From: a virus
Taxonomy: Duplodnaviria > Heunggongvirae > Uroviricota > Caudoviricetes
Length of the DNA: 39,495 nt
Direction: 5' to 3' (one strand)
Virus record (IMG/VR): IMGVR_UViG_2695420897_000008
Made by a program: the position numbers and the translations under genes. The notes under the pieces were generated by a model. The model did not search any database, was not told the DNA's origin, and saw only the letters and a list, made by a program, of their open reading frames with translations. Shown piece by piece: positions 10,640 through 20,527 of this stretch; the first letter of the stretch is position 1; each line of letters begins with the position of its first letter.

Positions 10640-11704
10640 CTATAATCCTCTCTGAAAAGCAGTGCTGGATGGCATATCCTGCGCACCGCGCGCTTCGCAC
10701 ATCATATCCATGTACCACGCCTGGCCCCTTGTATCGCCAGTGTACATAATCCCGCGCACAATATAAACGCCATCCGTTGCGATGCTGGCAGGCTGCGATG
10801 TGGTGCCGCTTAGCGTAATATTTCCGTCCGTGTTCTGGTCGGTGATCTGCCCACCAGCCATAGCGATATCGTTGTTCGACAACGCGGTGCGATATACGGA
10901 AGCCTGATCCAGTTGAATGAGCCCATTAACCCGGATGTTCGGATTAATAAGCGCGCGAACGTTTACGCCGTTGCCGATGGTCTGCTGCGGCATGCCAATA
11001 AGCCCGGTAGCGCTGTTGAGCACAATCGCTTCGTGAACATATTCATTATTCGCCACCATCTGGCGCTGACCGTCTACGAATTGCCATGTTGCGCCACATT
11101 GCCCGGCTACGTTATCCATTAGATGCCGCGTCATGCCAAAGAGCACCCGCCCCCGGGGGAATACAGTAGCAGGCATTTCAGGCGTCAGGCCTTCGGTCGC
11201 ACCTTTGGCTTCGAAGTCTTTCATCAGCGCACGGTTCACATCAGCGACCGTGTAACCGGCAGCCAGCGTCTGTGAGGTTATACTGGTGGCAAAAGCCAGA
11301 TCAGTATCTGCTGCCTGAATCAGGACGTAGGAATCAACCGGACTGTCTTTTCCTGTAACCGAGTAGCGAATTTCACCGCTGAAAATCAGTCCGTAGTTGC
11401 GGCCATCACTCTGGCCCACGTCCGCCGCATCAACCTCCCGCACGATCCCGACGTCGCTTGCCGACACCTCCGGCGCGATACCGTCGTAACCCGCAATCAG
11501 ACGCACTTTCGAAAACTCCCGCCCGGTGATTCGGTTCACAGTATCTGCCGAGAGGTTATAAATTTTGATAGTCCCTACCCGGGACGCGCTGCTGATGTTG
11601 AACCAGTCGATCGTAAAGGTCACTTTAAAATCACTTAGCTCAATTCCCTGACCGTTCCCGTCCACAAGCTGCAGCTCGAAATGTCTCATCCAGTTCTGTG
11701 ACAT
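10640..11704 (-). CDS. Tail/baseplate hub protein (P2 gpD / Mu gp44-like position)
   Basis: 354-aa ORF downstream of the tape measure and small tail genes in a conserved myovirus order. Confidence 0.45.
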   Translation of the reverse strand: MSQNWMRHFELQLVDGNGQGIELSDFKVTFTIDWFNISSASRVGTIKIYNLSADTVNRITGREFSKVRLIAGYDGIAPEVSASDVGIVREVDAADVGQSDGRNYGLIFSGEIRYSVTGKDSPVDSYVLIQAADTDLAFATSITSQTLAAGYTVADVNRALMKDFEAKGATEGLTPEMPATVFPRGRVLFGMTRHLMDNVAGQCGATWQFVDGQRQMVANNEYVHEAIVLNSATGLIGMPQQTIGNGVNVRALINPNIRVNGLIQLDQASVYRTALSNNDIAMAGGQITDQNTDGNITLSGTTSQPASIATDGVYIVRGIMYTGDTRGQAWYMDMMCEARGAQDMPSSTAFQRGL

Positions 11705-11706
11705 GC

Positions 11707-12009
11707 TTACTCCGTTGATACCAGTAAATGGCTGCGACCGCCCAGGTCAGTTTTTGTGGGGTAATCCTGTGTGTTGTCATCACAGACCACCACCAGCTTA
11801 AAACCAAGCCCCATACAGGCGTACTGCGCCAGCAGGTCAGCACCAGTGACGAGAGGAATACCGGAGATTACCGGCTCCCCTCTGTCGTTCTGCAGGTCCA
11901 TAATCCAGTACAGATCGCGCCATATGATGCTAATCCGCCAGGTAACACCACCCAGGACGATGCTGAACTGCTGGTTGTCCGCTGTCAGCGGAATTTCCTG
12001 AATTGCCAT
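11707..12009 (-). CDS. Small tail protein, 100 aa
   Basis: ORF in the tail module, tightly packed (ATGA-type overlap with the upstream gene). Confidence 0.45.
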   Translation of the reverse strand: MAIQEIPLTADNQQFSIVLGGVTWRISIIWRDLYWIMDLQNDRGEPVISGIPLVTGADLLAQYACMGLGFKLVVVCDDNTQDYPTKTDLGGRSHLLVSTE

Positions 12010-12596
12010 TAGCCGCCCCCCAGTAATGACGCCACGTTACCCGTGATGCTTTTCAGCAGTGAAGTATCTGGAGGCTTGGTGGTTTTGTTGCCGCTGTTCT
12101 GTACCGCCGACGTGCTGGCCCCTTCCTTCATGTTGGTTTTATCCGCGACGGAAATCTGCTGTGTCCGGGAGATAAGGACCTCCCTCAGGGTGAGGACGGC
12201 GGACAGGACGTTTTCGGTTGTCTTGTCCGTCGTCACTTCCAGCGCCCGGATCAACATGTTGCTGTACAGTCGTTTACCGGTTACCACATCGAAGGGGATA
12301 CGGCTTTCCTGCAGATCCAGTAGCTCCTGATACGTCTGCTGAGGACTCAGGCCGAGCAGGCTGGTAGCCGTCAGGTTACTGGCAAAATCCAGCAATGCGC
12401 CACCACCGGCGAAACCAACCTCCATCACCACTTCTGACGGTTTTTTATAGGCATGATCAGCGACAGCGGCCCCGACCTCTACCGGATGCTCTGTTATTTC
12501 AAGCATATCTGTATGCTTCTCTGAAATAACAACACAGGGAACAATCATTCCTATTTTTCTGCTCTGCTGATGAAAAAGTGTAGAGAGAATATCCAC
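12009..12596 (-). CDS. Tail protein, 195 aa
   Basis: ORF immediately downstream of the tape measure. Confidence 0.45.
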   Translation of the reverse strand: MDILSTLFHQQSRKIGMIVPCVVISEKHTDMLEITEHPVEVGAAVADHAYKKPSEVVMEVGFAGGGALLDFASNLTATSLLGLSPQQTYQELLDLQESRIPFDVVTGKRLYSNMLIRALEVTTDKTTENVLSAVLTLREVLISRTQQISVADKTNMKEGASTSAVQNSGNKTTKPPDTSLLKSITGNVASLLGGG

Positions 12597-14584
12597 TAAC
12601 CCACCCTCACCTGATTACTTCGCATGACCTGAGCATTTGCAGACTGTTGCCGACGTGCAACCTCATTACCGACAGCGTGCGGATCTCCACCACCGTAAAT
12701 GTGGTAGGTATTTTGCTGGTTAACCTCTGTCACTTTGCCACTAATTCCCGCCACGGCAGCCTTATTAATCAGCTCCCGAGAATAGATATTTCTTCCATTC
12801 TCATGCTGGATAATGCTGCTCATCAATGCTGACATGGTTTGCGGATCGCTCATATTCAGGGCAGCCCGGGGATCCACTCCCAGTCGTTGCGATACAGCCC
12901 TGATATACGCAGTTGTGTTGTTATTATCAGACGCAGGTGCCCAGGTAGAGATAATTTTCTCCACACTGTTTATTCCCCGTCCGGCGTACAGCATTAACTG
13001 ACGAGCAAGAGCCCGTAATCCATCAAAAGCAGTTTCAAATCTGGCAAATCGCCCGCCCGGGCGTTCAAGAGAAGCCCCTGCCTGACCAGCAAAATTAAGG
13101 TTTCCCGGATTGTTATTCCGTTCTCCTCGTTTCGTAGCCTGTGCATGTTGTTCCGGCTCATCATCACCAAACCAGCCGCGTACCGTCCGGCCCACACTGC
13201 GGGGATCGAATCCCCAGTGCTCTTTAATCCAGTCGGCAGTACTGTTAGCGCTGTCTGTAACCATCGGCATCGCTGACGGATTTTCGCTGCCCTGATTAAG
13301 TATCTGTTTGCCGATGCTGACGGCATCAGCCCAGCGGCCATCTTTGATAGCGTTGAGCAGGTCGGCGATCATGTTCAGCATTTTGCTGAATTCGCCCATC
13401 TGGTCGATGAAGTTGCTGAAATCCCACTTCAGGGACCATGATTTGGGGTCAATATTGAGCAGTTTCGCCAGCGCTTTCACCAGGTCGTTAACGGTCGTTT
13501 TAAGGTCACGAACCATCTTCAGCGCGGCATCGACCTCCGGTTTCCACTTGCCCCAGTCAATCAGGCTGTCGCCGCCTTCCTTCCAGGTCTGATAGTCCTC
13601 CCACAGGAGGGCAATACCCGCCGCCAGCGCGGTAATGAGGCCAATCGGCGACATCCAGAACGTACTGTTCAGAATGCGCAGCGCAATCGTCAGTGCGCCA
13701 AACAGCGAGATCAACTCCCGCGTTTGCTTATCCAGCGATTGCCACCAGGTGATAAGGCCTGATGTCCCCTCAATCAGTCTGAAGAACAGCCGCCCGATAA
13801 TATCCCCGAGCGCCAGAATGCCTTTTATGGCTTTCGTCAGGGTCTGCTCGATACGAGGGAAGTTGTCCAGGATATGGCGGCGCAGGGTGTCCAGCGAACC
13901 CGCAAGCCCCCCCGCAAGATTAGAGCCGATTTTGTCACGGGCCATGCCTGCCATCGCGCCAAACTCACGCAGGGAGGTCATAAATTTGTTGGAGCTTCTG
14001 GCCGCCTCGTCAGCATTGAAGCCGATAGCTTTCGCCATTGCGCTGTACTGCCCGGAGAAGCCACCCACACCCCGGCGCATCGCCATAAGGGTATTTTCGT
14101 CAATGCCCAGCATCTGCGCATACTGGTTAGCCCGGTAATACGGCATGCTGCTGAGTTTCTGTCCAACGCCCGTAAAAATAGCGGCCATGTCACGCATGTT
14201 ACCGCTGGCATCACGGGTCTGTACGCCCAGGCGATTCAGAAAGCCTTCTGCACCGGGATTGTTACGAATAAACCGGGATAGGCTTTCCAGAGAAGATCGC
14301 GCAGCGTCCACGCTGCCGCCAACCTGCGAAACCGCATAGCCAATAGACTGAATTCCCTGGACTGTCGCGCCGGTGCGCTGTGACGCCCAGTAAAGATTAT
14401 CCAGGCCGGAGGCGATCTTAGCCGTGAAGGCCACCACGGACAACGCAGCTCCTTCAACAGCCAGCCCCATTTTGATGACATTTGCAGTTGTACCGGCGAG
14501 GACAGAACCGAACTTTTTCGCTCCTGCATCATCCACACTGAAGCCAAGCGAGACGAGGAAATCTTTAATAGTTTCAGCGTTCAT
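12596..14584 (-). CDS. Tail tape measure protein; start placed at ATG 14584 (MNAETIKDF)
   Basis: Long Gly/Ala-rich protein between the tail chaperone and baseplate genes; GAGG RBS upstream of 14584. Confidence 0.75.
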   Translation of the reverse strand: MNAETIKDFLVSLGFSVDDAGAKKFGSVLAGTTANVIKMGLAVEGAALSVVAFTAKIASGLDNLYWASQRTGATVQGIQSIGYAVSQVGGSVDAARSSLESLSRFIRNNPGAEGFLNRLGVQTRDASGNMRDMAAIFTGVGQKLSSMPYYRANQYAQMLGIDENTLMAMRRGVGGFSGQYSAMAKAIGFNADEAARSSNKFMTSLREFGAMAGMARDKIGSNLAGGLAGSLDTLRRHILDNFPRIEQTLTKAIKGILALGDIIGRLFFRLIEGTSGLITWWQSLDKQTRELISLFGALTIALRILNSTFWMSPIGLITALAAGIALLWEDYQTWKEGGDSLIDWGKWKPEVDAALKMVRDLKTTVNDLVKALAKLLNIDPKSWSLKWDFSNFIDQMGEFSKMLNMIADLLNAIKDGRWADAVSIGKQILNQGSENPSAMPMVTDSANSTADWIKEHWGFDPRSVGRTVRGWFGDDEPEQHAQATKRGERNNNPGNLNFAGQAGASLERPGGRFARFETAFDGLRALARQLMLYAGRGINSVEKIISTWAPASDNNNTTAYIRAVSQRLGVDPRAALNMSDPQTMSALMSSIIQHENGRNIYSRELINKAAVAGISGKVTEVNQQNTYHIYGGGDPHAVGNEVARRQQSANAQVMRSNQVRVG

Positions 14585-15214
14585 TATCCTCTCTCCATTT
14601 CTCAATGCGTCGCTGGTTATCCGCTTTTACCGCCAGATGGTCATTCAAGAGAGCAATGTCATACAAATCGACAGAGCCATCTTTAAGTGCTGTATAAGGA
14701 ATTAACCCGGCGTCAACCGGATTGAGAAGGTAGGACAGCCCGTCCGGCAGGCTGTTAAACGTCAGCCCTGTTGCAGGCTCTGCGTCGTGCTGGTAAGGGG
14801 TGTAGGCAAAAAATTTCCCAGCGAATCGGCGACCACCCGCGCCACCAGCTGCAGCATGACCAGCAAGTCAATATCATCAAACATCAGTTCGCCCTGGGTA
14901 AATACCGGCACCCATCCGTCCATATGACGCCGCGATACCACCGCAAGACAGGGATGAATAATCGCATCGGTGTCATCTTCGGTCAGGGAAGACAGTTCCT
15001 CAGCGATACGCGGGAGCATGGTTTCAAACACCGGTTTTAACTGTTCGAATTTCACGGTGTCGATTTTGCCGTCAGCAGGCAAACGGGAGCGAATACTCCC
15101 GAAATCTGACATCATTCCTGCCAGCACCGGCAGAAGTTTGCGGGTCACTTTCAGCTGGTCAAAAACGCTGAGTTTTGCCGTGCGATATTTCACGCCTTTA
15201 ATTTCGAATTCCAT
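14574..15214 (-). CDS. Tail assembly chaperone, predicted -1 frameshift fusion product (G-T type)
   Basis: Slippery heptamer T_TTT_TTG (minus strand, 14813-14807) in the correct zero frame 16 codons before the chaperone stop; the -1 frame is then open for a further 75 codons to a TGA at 14574. Confidence 0.6.
14762..15214 (-). CDS. Tail assembly chaperone, zero-frame product (150 aa)
   Basis: ORF between the tail tube and tape measure genes, the conserved chaperone position. Confidence 0.65.
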   Translation of the reverse strand: MEFEIKGVKYRTAKLSVFDQLKVTRKLLPVLAGMMSDFGSIRSRLPADGKIDTVKFEQLKPVFETMLPRIAEELSSLTEDDTDAIIHPCLAVVSRRHMDGWVPVFTQGELMFDDIDLLVMLQLVARVVADSLGNFLPTPLTSTTQSLQQG

Positions 15215-15217
15215 GCA

Positions 15218-15658
15218 TTAAAACTCCCCGAGAACCTGGTCAATCTTGCCGCAGTCAAACACCCACGGCATCGTATTACCGGTTTTAGCGTTGGCGTTAT
15301 CCGGTTGTTTCTGGAACGCAACACTGCGTGCCGTGATGATGTCGCCGCTGACCTTGTTGCGGATCACGATAACGTTATTCCCCCATGTGGCAGAAGACTG
15401 GCTCTGTGCGTTATACGCCAGCGACAATTTTTTATTTGTCGGTGATGTCTTCAGAAGGTTAACGGTAATCGTCCCGCTTTTATCTGCATGGAGACTGTGC
15501 ATCACTTCGCCATCAGCACCGATGGTCATGGTGTTTTTAGGACCGCCCATCGCAACCACAATCCCCTCTTCAGAACTTGCCGAACCGTACCCGAGGTCAA
15601 TCGAACCTGTCGGCCCGGTCAGCGTCGCAGTGACATCCATAAAAGAATAGGTAGACAT
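15218..15658 (-). CDS. Tail tube protein
   Basis: 146-aa ORF directly downstream of the sheath gene. Confidence 0.65.
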   Translation of the reverse strand: MSTYSFMDVTATLTGPTGSIDLGYGSASSEEGIVVAMGGPKNTMTIGADGEVMHSLHADKSGTITVNLLKTSPTNKKLSLAYNAQSQSSATWGNNVIVIRNKVSGDIITARSVAFQKQPDNANAKTGNTMPWVFDCGKIDQVLGEF

Positions 15659-15668
15659 TCACTTCCCC

Positions 15669-16814
15669 TTAGCGAACAACGTTAATCTGTACGTCAGCGT
15701 AATGAACCGCGCCTGCAAGTTTTATTGCAGCCTGAATCACCGGAGCCTTACGGGCTTCACGTTCTGATTGAGCCTGTTCATCCAGCGGCTGAGCGTATAC
15801 GTAATAACCTTTGGGCAGTGTGTCACCTGATGACAACTGACCAAGGTCGCCCCCGTTCCATACGCCCGGAGCAATCAGTCCATTCTGAACGGCCTGATCC
15901 AGTGATTTTTCAACATTTGATAACAGTCGGGTAATACCGGCTTCAGTCTGGGGAACTTTCGTGGTGCTGGTATAAAGCAGGTTATAGAGGTTGGTCTGCA
16001 CATAATTCTGTAACCAGTCCAGGCCGTGGCGTTCATCAAAGAAATCGCCGTTAGCCATCACTCCCTGCTGGAGGATAGCCGTATCATTCTGGTAGTACAC
16101 GAATACATTGCAGTTTTTTGCATCAAGTGCCGATGCCTGGCTGACTGTCAGTGTTTCATACCCGATACCCGGCTCCTGCTTAAACTTGAGCGTAATCGCG
16201 GTATTACTGCCATTGAAATTAACCGTGAATGCCCGGCCAAATGCAGATAACGCAGCGTATTTATTACCCGATGAATACTGAATAAAACTGCGTGAATATC
16301 CGGCGGTTTTCAGTTTTGATGCCAAATCATCGCTGGATGCAGTCTGCAGGCATTTCTCATCGCTTGTCGTAATCGCCAGAATACGGCTTACAGAAGAGGA
16401 TTCGATCGCCGCAGCCACTTTCAGCCAGTCTGCATCCTGAATATCTTCATCGTCTGCAATCCCCAGCCCATACCATGAAGTATAATCAAGCATGGCATTC
16501 ACAGCCTGCTCCAGCGTCTCAGGCGTGGCCTGTTCGCTGTCTCCCTTCGTTTTCACCCAACGACCAACAAAAACCTCCTGAGGTTTCGGTGATTGAGAGA
16601 AAAACACCTGCGCAGCCTTATATTCTGGTGATTCCACGCCAAAATCTTTTCCAATATCTTCCGCGGCAGAATAACGGCGAATGCGCTCACTTACCGGAAT
16701 GATTGTGGACGGGCCGAGAATGAGTAATGCACCAAAATTTCGCCCTGATGCTGCACGCGGCGACATGATCACATCAACATTAACAACGTTTGATACAGGC
16801 AAGCCCTGTGCCAT
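15669..16814 (-). CDS. Contractile tail sheath protein
   Basis: 381-aa ORF upstream of tube and chaperone in conserved sheath-tube-chaperone-tape measure order. Confidence 0.7.
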   Translation of the reverse strand: MAQGLPVSNVVNVDVIMSPRAASGRNFGALLILGPSTIIPVSERIRRYSAAEDIGKDFGVESPEYKAAQVFFSQSPKPQEVFVGRWVKTKGDSEQATPETLEQAVNAMLDYTSWYGLGIADDEDIQDADWLKVAAAIESSSVSRILAITTSDEKCLQTASSDDLASKLKTAGYSRSFIQYSSGNKYAALSAFGRAFTVNFNGSNTAITLKFKQEPGIGYETLTVSQASALDAKNCNVFVYYQNDTAILQQGVMANGDFFDERHGLDWLQNYVQTNLYNLLYTSTTKVPQTEAGITRLLSNVEKSLDQAVQNGLIAPGVWNGGDLGQLSSGDTLPKGYYVYAQPLDEQAQSEREARKAPVIQAAIKLAGAVHYADVQINVVR

Positions 16815-16817
16815 AGC

Positions 16818-17384
16818 TTAATCTCCGAAAAAGATGACTGGTGCATCCACCAGCGATTTAATACCGTACTCGCGCACAACCTTCCGGCGCAGGCGCACCG
16901 TCATATCGTAGCGGCGGACCCATTGCTGATTAATAAGTTCAGGGAAGGGAGTCAGACCTGTGTAATCGCCAAGAGACAGCCCCAGCGCATTCAGTGCTGC
17001 ATTGTTCTGCGGCACAGATATACCGTCACGAAACCGGGACGCATACACCATCCCCGCCGGTCCATAAAACGAAGCCATACACTCAATCGTTTCATGCCGC
17101 CAGAGCTGAGAGCCATCATCGGTCTGTCTGGTGAATGCCGGACTGTCATCACCTGACCATCCGATAACCCCAAACGCACACCAGTTCGTTTCAACCGGTA
17201 GCAGTGGCGGCTGCTCTTTCTGCCAGCGCGGGCGAACCATCCCGGCAGACAGACCGGAAACGTTACGTATCCACTGGCTTAACAGCCTGTCGAGCGCTTC
17301 GTCATAATCCGGATCGCCACTGGTTGGTATTAACCATCCGCGCTCTGTACTGGTGTTATTGCTCAACCGGAGTTCCCCCATCAA
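16818..17384 (-). CDS. Head-tail joining / tail completion protein (hypothetical)
   Basis: 188-aa ORF between head and tail modules. Confidence 0.4.
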   Translation of the reverse strand: MMGELRLSNNTSTERGWLIPTSGDPDYDEALDRLLSQWIRNVSGLSAGMVRPRWQKEQPPLLPVETNWCAFGVIGWSGDDSPAFTRQTDDGSQLWRHETIECMASFYGPAGMVYASRFRDGISVPQNNAALNALGLSLGDYTGLTPFPELINQQWVRRYDMTVRLRRKVVREYGIKSLVDAPVIFFGD

Positions 17385-17745
17385 ACGGCATCAACTCACA
17401 ATGCGCCTGAACGAATCCGGCCCCATAAGCTGTATACGGGTCGACGAAGGTCACACGGTAATCACGGCCCTGATACGTCACGATATCGGCATCACGGCCA
17501 GTCTGTCCCTGCGTCAGTCGCTCAGTCGTCACAATCAGAATTGCACCACTGATTACCTGCCCGGCCTGCATACGACGGTTTTCCAGAGAGCGATCAACAG
17601 TAACGACTCCGGCAAACTGCTTTTTAACTTCGCTGTCGCTGCCGATTCCGTCCTCATCCACCGTTTGCACACGGCGTGTTACCCACAAATTGAAGTCGCA
17701 AAAATCGGGGTCAAAAAGCACATCTGTTACATCAAGAGTCGGCAT
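17356..17745 (-). CDS. Head-tail connector protein (hypothetical; start may be internal)
   Basis: 129-aa ORF; 29-nt overlap with the downstream gene. Confidence 0.4.
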   Translation of the reverse strand: MPTLDVTDVLFDPDFCDFNLWVTRRVQTVDEDGIGSDSEVKKQFAGVVTVDRSLENRRMQAGQVISGAILIVTTERLTQGQTGRDADIVTYQGRDYRVTFVDPYTAYGAGFVQAHCELMPFDGGTPVEQ

Positions 17746-18286
17746 CTTTATCCCTCACTACATGGGTAATAGCTCTGCGATATTGCCCGGTGTCAATTAA
17801 TGGTTTCGCCAGATCGGTTCCGGGAGATTCGCCAGCAACACGCCGGGCAAGTTCCAGTGTTGCCCCCTTGCACCCCCGACGAGCCCGGGCTTCAACAGTA
17901 CTGTCAGCAAGCGGCGTAAAGCCGGTAATGGTCATGTAACGCCTGACGCCATTAACGGCCAGCGTTCCGGCACGGTTGAGTGCACTTTCTGCTCCCGCAG
18001 CATTACCATCAAGTGCAGCCTGCGCCGCGGCTTTAAGCTGCGGCACCGTCTGCTCTTCTGCCGATTTAACGCCGGGGACCAGGTGAGGTCGTGGCGGGAT
18101 GTTCTGCTCTGGTGAGCCGTATTCGTTGAGGTAACCGATGCCCGCATTACCAAACGGAACATCATCCCGTTCGCTGTCTTCCGAAGGGATGCCGACCAGC
18201 ACATCTTTTTTGGTTAACGACCTGAGCGCATCCAGAATGGCCTTAGCGTTATCCACCCTCGTTGTTACACCGCTTTTGAAACTCAT
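17732..18286 (-). CDS. Head completion / connector protein (hypothetical)
   Basis: 184-aa ORF in the head-tail junction region. Confidence 0.4.
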   Translation of the reverse strand: MSFKSGVTTRVDNAKAILDALRSLTKKDVLVGIPSEDSERDDVPFGNAGIGYLNEYGSPEQNIPPRPHLVPGVKSAEEQTVPQLKAAAQAALDGNAAGAESALNRAGTLAVNGVRRYMTITGFTPLADSTVEARARRGCKGATLELARRVAGESPGTDLAKPLIDTGQYRRAITHVVRDKDADS

Positions 18287-18690
18287 AGCTGGCGACCGCC
18301 TGCACCGAACATCGTGATCAACTGATAAAATTCAGCGCCATATCGGGTGTTATTCCAGAAACCTGCATCAGGATTCAGCGTCGCGCTGGTGTCATAGCTG
18401 ACGCTTACCTTATCCACGGACTTTGAGGACTGAACACCATTGGTTGAACCGCCCGGACCACCAGCCAGCATCGCTCTGCTGTCAGCCGCCCAGAGCGTCA
18501 TGTAGTGAGCAACGAACAACCCGGCAAAGTACGGAAACAACTTTTTGCCGGTGACATTTTCGCTCAGCAGTTCATCGGCCAGATTCAGACGGAACCCGAT
18601 TTGGGCGTCGGGATATTTTGCCGGGTCAGCAAACTGCGGGAAGTCGCGGCGAAAATCACTTACCGCTGGCAGACTTTGATTCTTTGACAT
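18283..18690 (-). CDS. Hypothetical head-associated protein; start trimmed to [10 protein letters not shown]
   Basis: ORF downstream of the capsid gene; the listed upstream extension overlaps the neighbouring gene. Confidence 0.4.
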   Translation of the reverse strand: MSKNQSLPAVSDFRRDFPQFADPAKYPDAQIGFRLNLADELLSENVTGKKLFPYFAGLFVAHYMTLWAADSRAMLAGGPGGSTNGVQSSKSVDKVSVSYDTSATLNPDAGFWNNTRYGAEFYQLITMFGAGGRQL

Positions 18691-19024
18691 CTTTAGCCCC
18701 ATTACCGCCAGTCCGGGCGGCAGTAATCTGCGCCTGCAGGCTGTCGTTCTGCTCCTGCAGTTTGAGCAATGCATCTTTAAGATCGGCAATCAGCTTATCT
18801 TTGTCGGCAATCTGCGCTTGCAGGCCGTCGATAATGGGTTGCAGATCATCGGTGTCGCTAATCACGCTTTCGGAAAGCTCAGAGTGCGCCTGGGTGAACC
18901 AGTGCGACGCGACCTCTTCCGGTACGTTATGCCGTCCCCGGCCAAACTCCTGTTTTGACTGATCGCCGAGCGTCAGCGTAAACGGGGTGTGAACATGGAT
19001 GGTAACCAGCTTTTCTTTCGCCAT
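18656..19024 (-). CDS. Hypothetical coiled-coil head protein, 122 aa; start at ATG 19024
   Basis: AGGAAA RBS before ATG 19024; the longer listed ORF overlaps the capsid gene. Confidence 0.45.
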   Translation of the reverse strand: MAKEKLVTIHVHTPFTLTLGDQSKQEFGRGRHNVPEEVASHWFTQAHSELSESVISDTDDLQPIIDGLQAQIADKDKLIADLKDALLKLQEQNDSLQAQITAARTGGNGAKDVKESKSASGK

Positions 19025-19064
19025 TTCAGTTTCCTTCAGGCCCCTTTCGGGGCCATTCTGGTTA

Positions 19065-20006
19065 TCAGATACCGTCCACATAGGACAGAGTTTCTTTATA
19101 CACTGGCTCGACTGCACCCAGCTTGCCGTAGTAAGTGACGATCTGATACAGGCCGCGATACTGCACCGGCACGCTCTGAAGCGGAACCAGCGGGTAGCGG
19201 ACGTATTTTTTATCGTTGGTGTACGCAACCATGCGATCCTTATTCCCCACACCACGGCCTTTCAGCCATTTAACCGCGCGGATATTCAGCGGAACACCGT
19301 TCTGGTGATAGCTGATGGTGTTGGTCTGAAGGTACGTCAACAGGGACTGGTTACCCGCAGATGAAACGATGATGCTGGACAACAGAGCAAACTGTTCAGG
19401 CGGGATCAGCAAATCACGCGGGACCACAGAGTAACCAGAAGCGGCCCACGCATCAGACAGCACCTGGTTAATGCTTGCGCGGATTTCGTCCGGTGTTGAG
19501 GTTGCCCACGTTTTGGCAGCGTTGTTGACAGGCACGCCGTCCAGGGTAACAAGGCCTTTCAGGTTTAATGCGGAATCGCCAACATATACCTGTTCATCGT
19601 TATCCATCTGCCATTTCAGTTGCATCCCGTCATACTTCTGCGTATCAATCGGGCGGCCGACCTGCTGAGCAGCCTGCAATTCTATGACCGTCCAGCCAAG
19701 TTCCATCCCCCACAGGTTCAGCGGGTTACCGGATTTGCCGGTATCCACGTTCACGCCAGCAATAGCGGTTGAGTCTTTGCCTACCCAGTTTTTGCCATTC
19801 GGATTTGCACCAGTACCCGCAGCGGCGAAGCTGGTATTCGTCCAGCTGGAAATGTCATCTGCGATAGAGACATCTTCATGCAACTGAATATCGCGGGTCC
19901 AGGTGTACCCCACCAGTGGCAGGTTCAGCGTCTGGTCGAGTCGCTCCAGCTCCCCGATGAGAAAGGCACCAGAGCTGTCAACGGTTGCCTGATCAAAAGT
20001 AATCAT
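19065..20006 (-). CDS. Major capsid protein (Mu gpT-like)
   Basis: 313-aa ORF after the protease/scaffold and decoration-like genes, in Mu-like head gene order. Confidence 0.6.
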   Translation of the reverse strand: MITFDQATVDSSGAFLIGELERLDQTLNLPLVGYTWTRDIQLHEDVSIADDISSWTNTSFAAAGTGANPNGKNWVGKDSTAIAGVNVDTGKSGNPLNLWGMELGWTVIELQAAQQVGRPIDTQKYDGMQLKWQMDNDEQVYVGDSALNLKGLVTLDGVPVNNAAKTWATSTPDEIRASINQVLSDAWAASGYSVVPRDLLIPPEQFALLSSIIVSSAGNQSLLTYLQTNTISYHQNGVPLNIRAVKWLKGRGVGNKDRMVAYTNDKKYVRYPLVPLQSVPVQYRGLYQIVTYYGKLGAVEPVYKETLSYVDGI

Positions 20007-20017
20007 TCGTCTGTTCC

Positions 20018-20524
20018 TTAAATCTTCCAGGAAATTTCTGCATTGCCGTTAGCATCACCGGCACCTGTGAATTCAGCGTTGGTCAGCACCACATTTTTGC
20101 CACTGACTGACGTGGACATGAATCCACCCAGCGGCACTTTGATGGATTCATCAGTGGAGACGACAACGTATACCGGGTCGCCTTTTTTGATAGTGCTGGC
20201 ATCAAAATCAGAACCGAGATTAACGGTCACGTAGCCACGCTTCATGGCGTCGCCCGGGAAGTTCTTGCCTGTTCCCACCTGGCGAACCATGTCCGGCTGC
20301 GACGTGGTCGGATAAGGGCGCACGTAGATCCCCTTCACCTTGTCTGCGGTATCACCATCTGCCAGCGGCACGAAAAAACCGTCATCATCGTATTTACCAG
20401 CCAGCCCATAGGCAGCGAAGGCGTTATCGGATTTAAGGACCACCGGTTCGACGGTTAAGTCCTGCGGGCGAGAGACAGCCCCGGCAATACCAACAGGCAT
20501 CCGGTACAGAAATACATTATTCAT
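20018..20524 (-). CDS. Head structural / decoration protein (hypothetical)
   Basis: 168-aa ORF between the protease/scaffold and capsid genes. Confidence 0.4.
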   Translation of the reverse strand: MNNVFLYRMPVGIAGAVSRPQDLTVEPVVLKSDNAFAAYGLAGKYDDDGFFVPLADGDTADKVKGIYVRPYPTTSQPDMVRQVGTGKNFPGDAMKRGYVTVNLGSDFDASTIKKGDPVYVVVSTDESIKVPLGGFMSTSVSGKNVVLTNAEFTGAGDANGNAEISWKI

Positions 20525-20527
20525 TTT

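Noticed and set aside
10290-10718. Long form of the secreted moron protein overlapping the upstream tail gene by 79 nt
   Set aside because: The internal ATG at 10637 has an RBS and starts a textbook signal peptide; the upstream 27 codons overlap the preceding gene.
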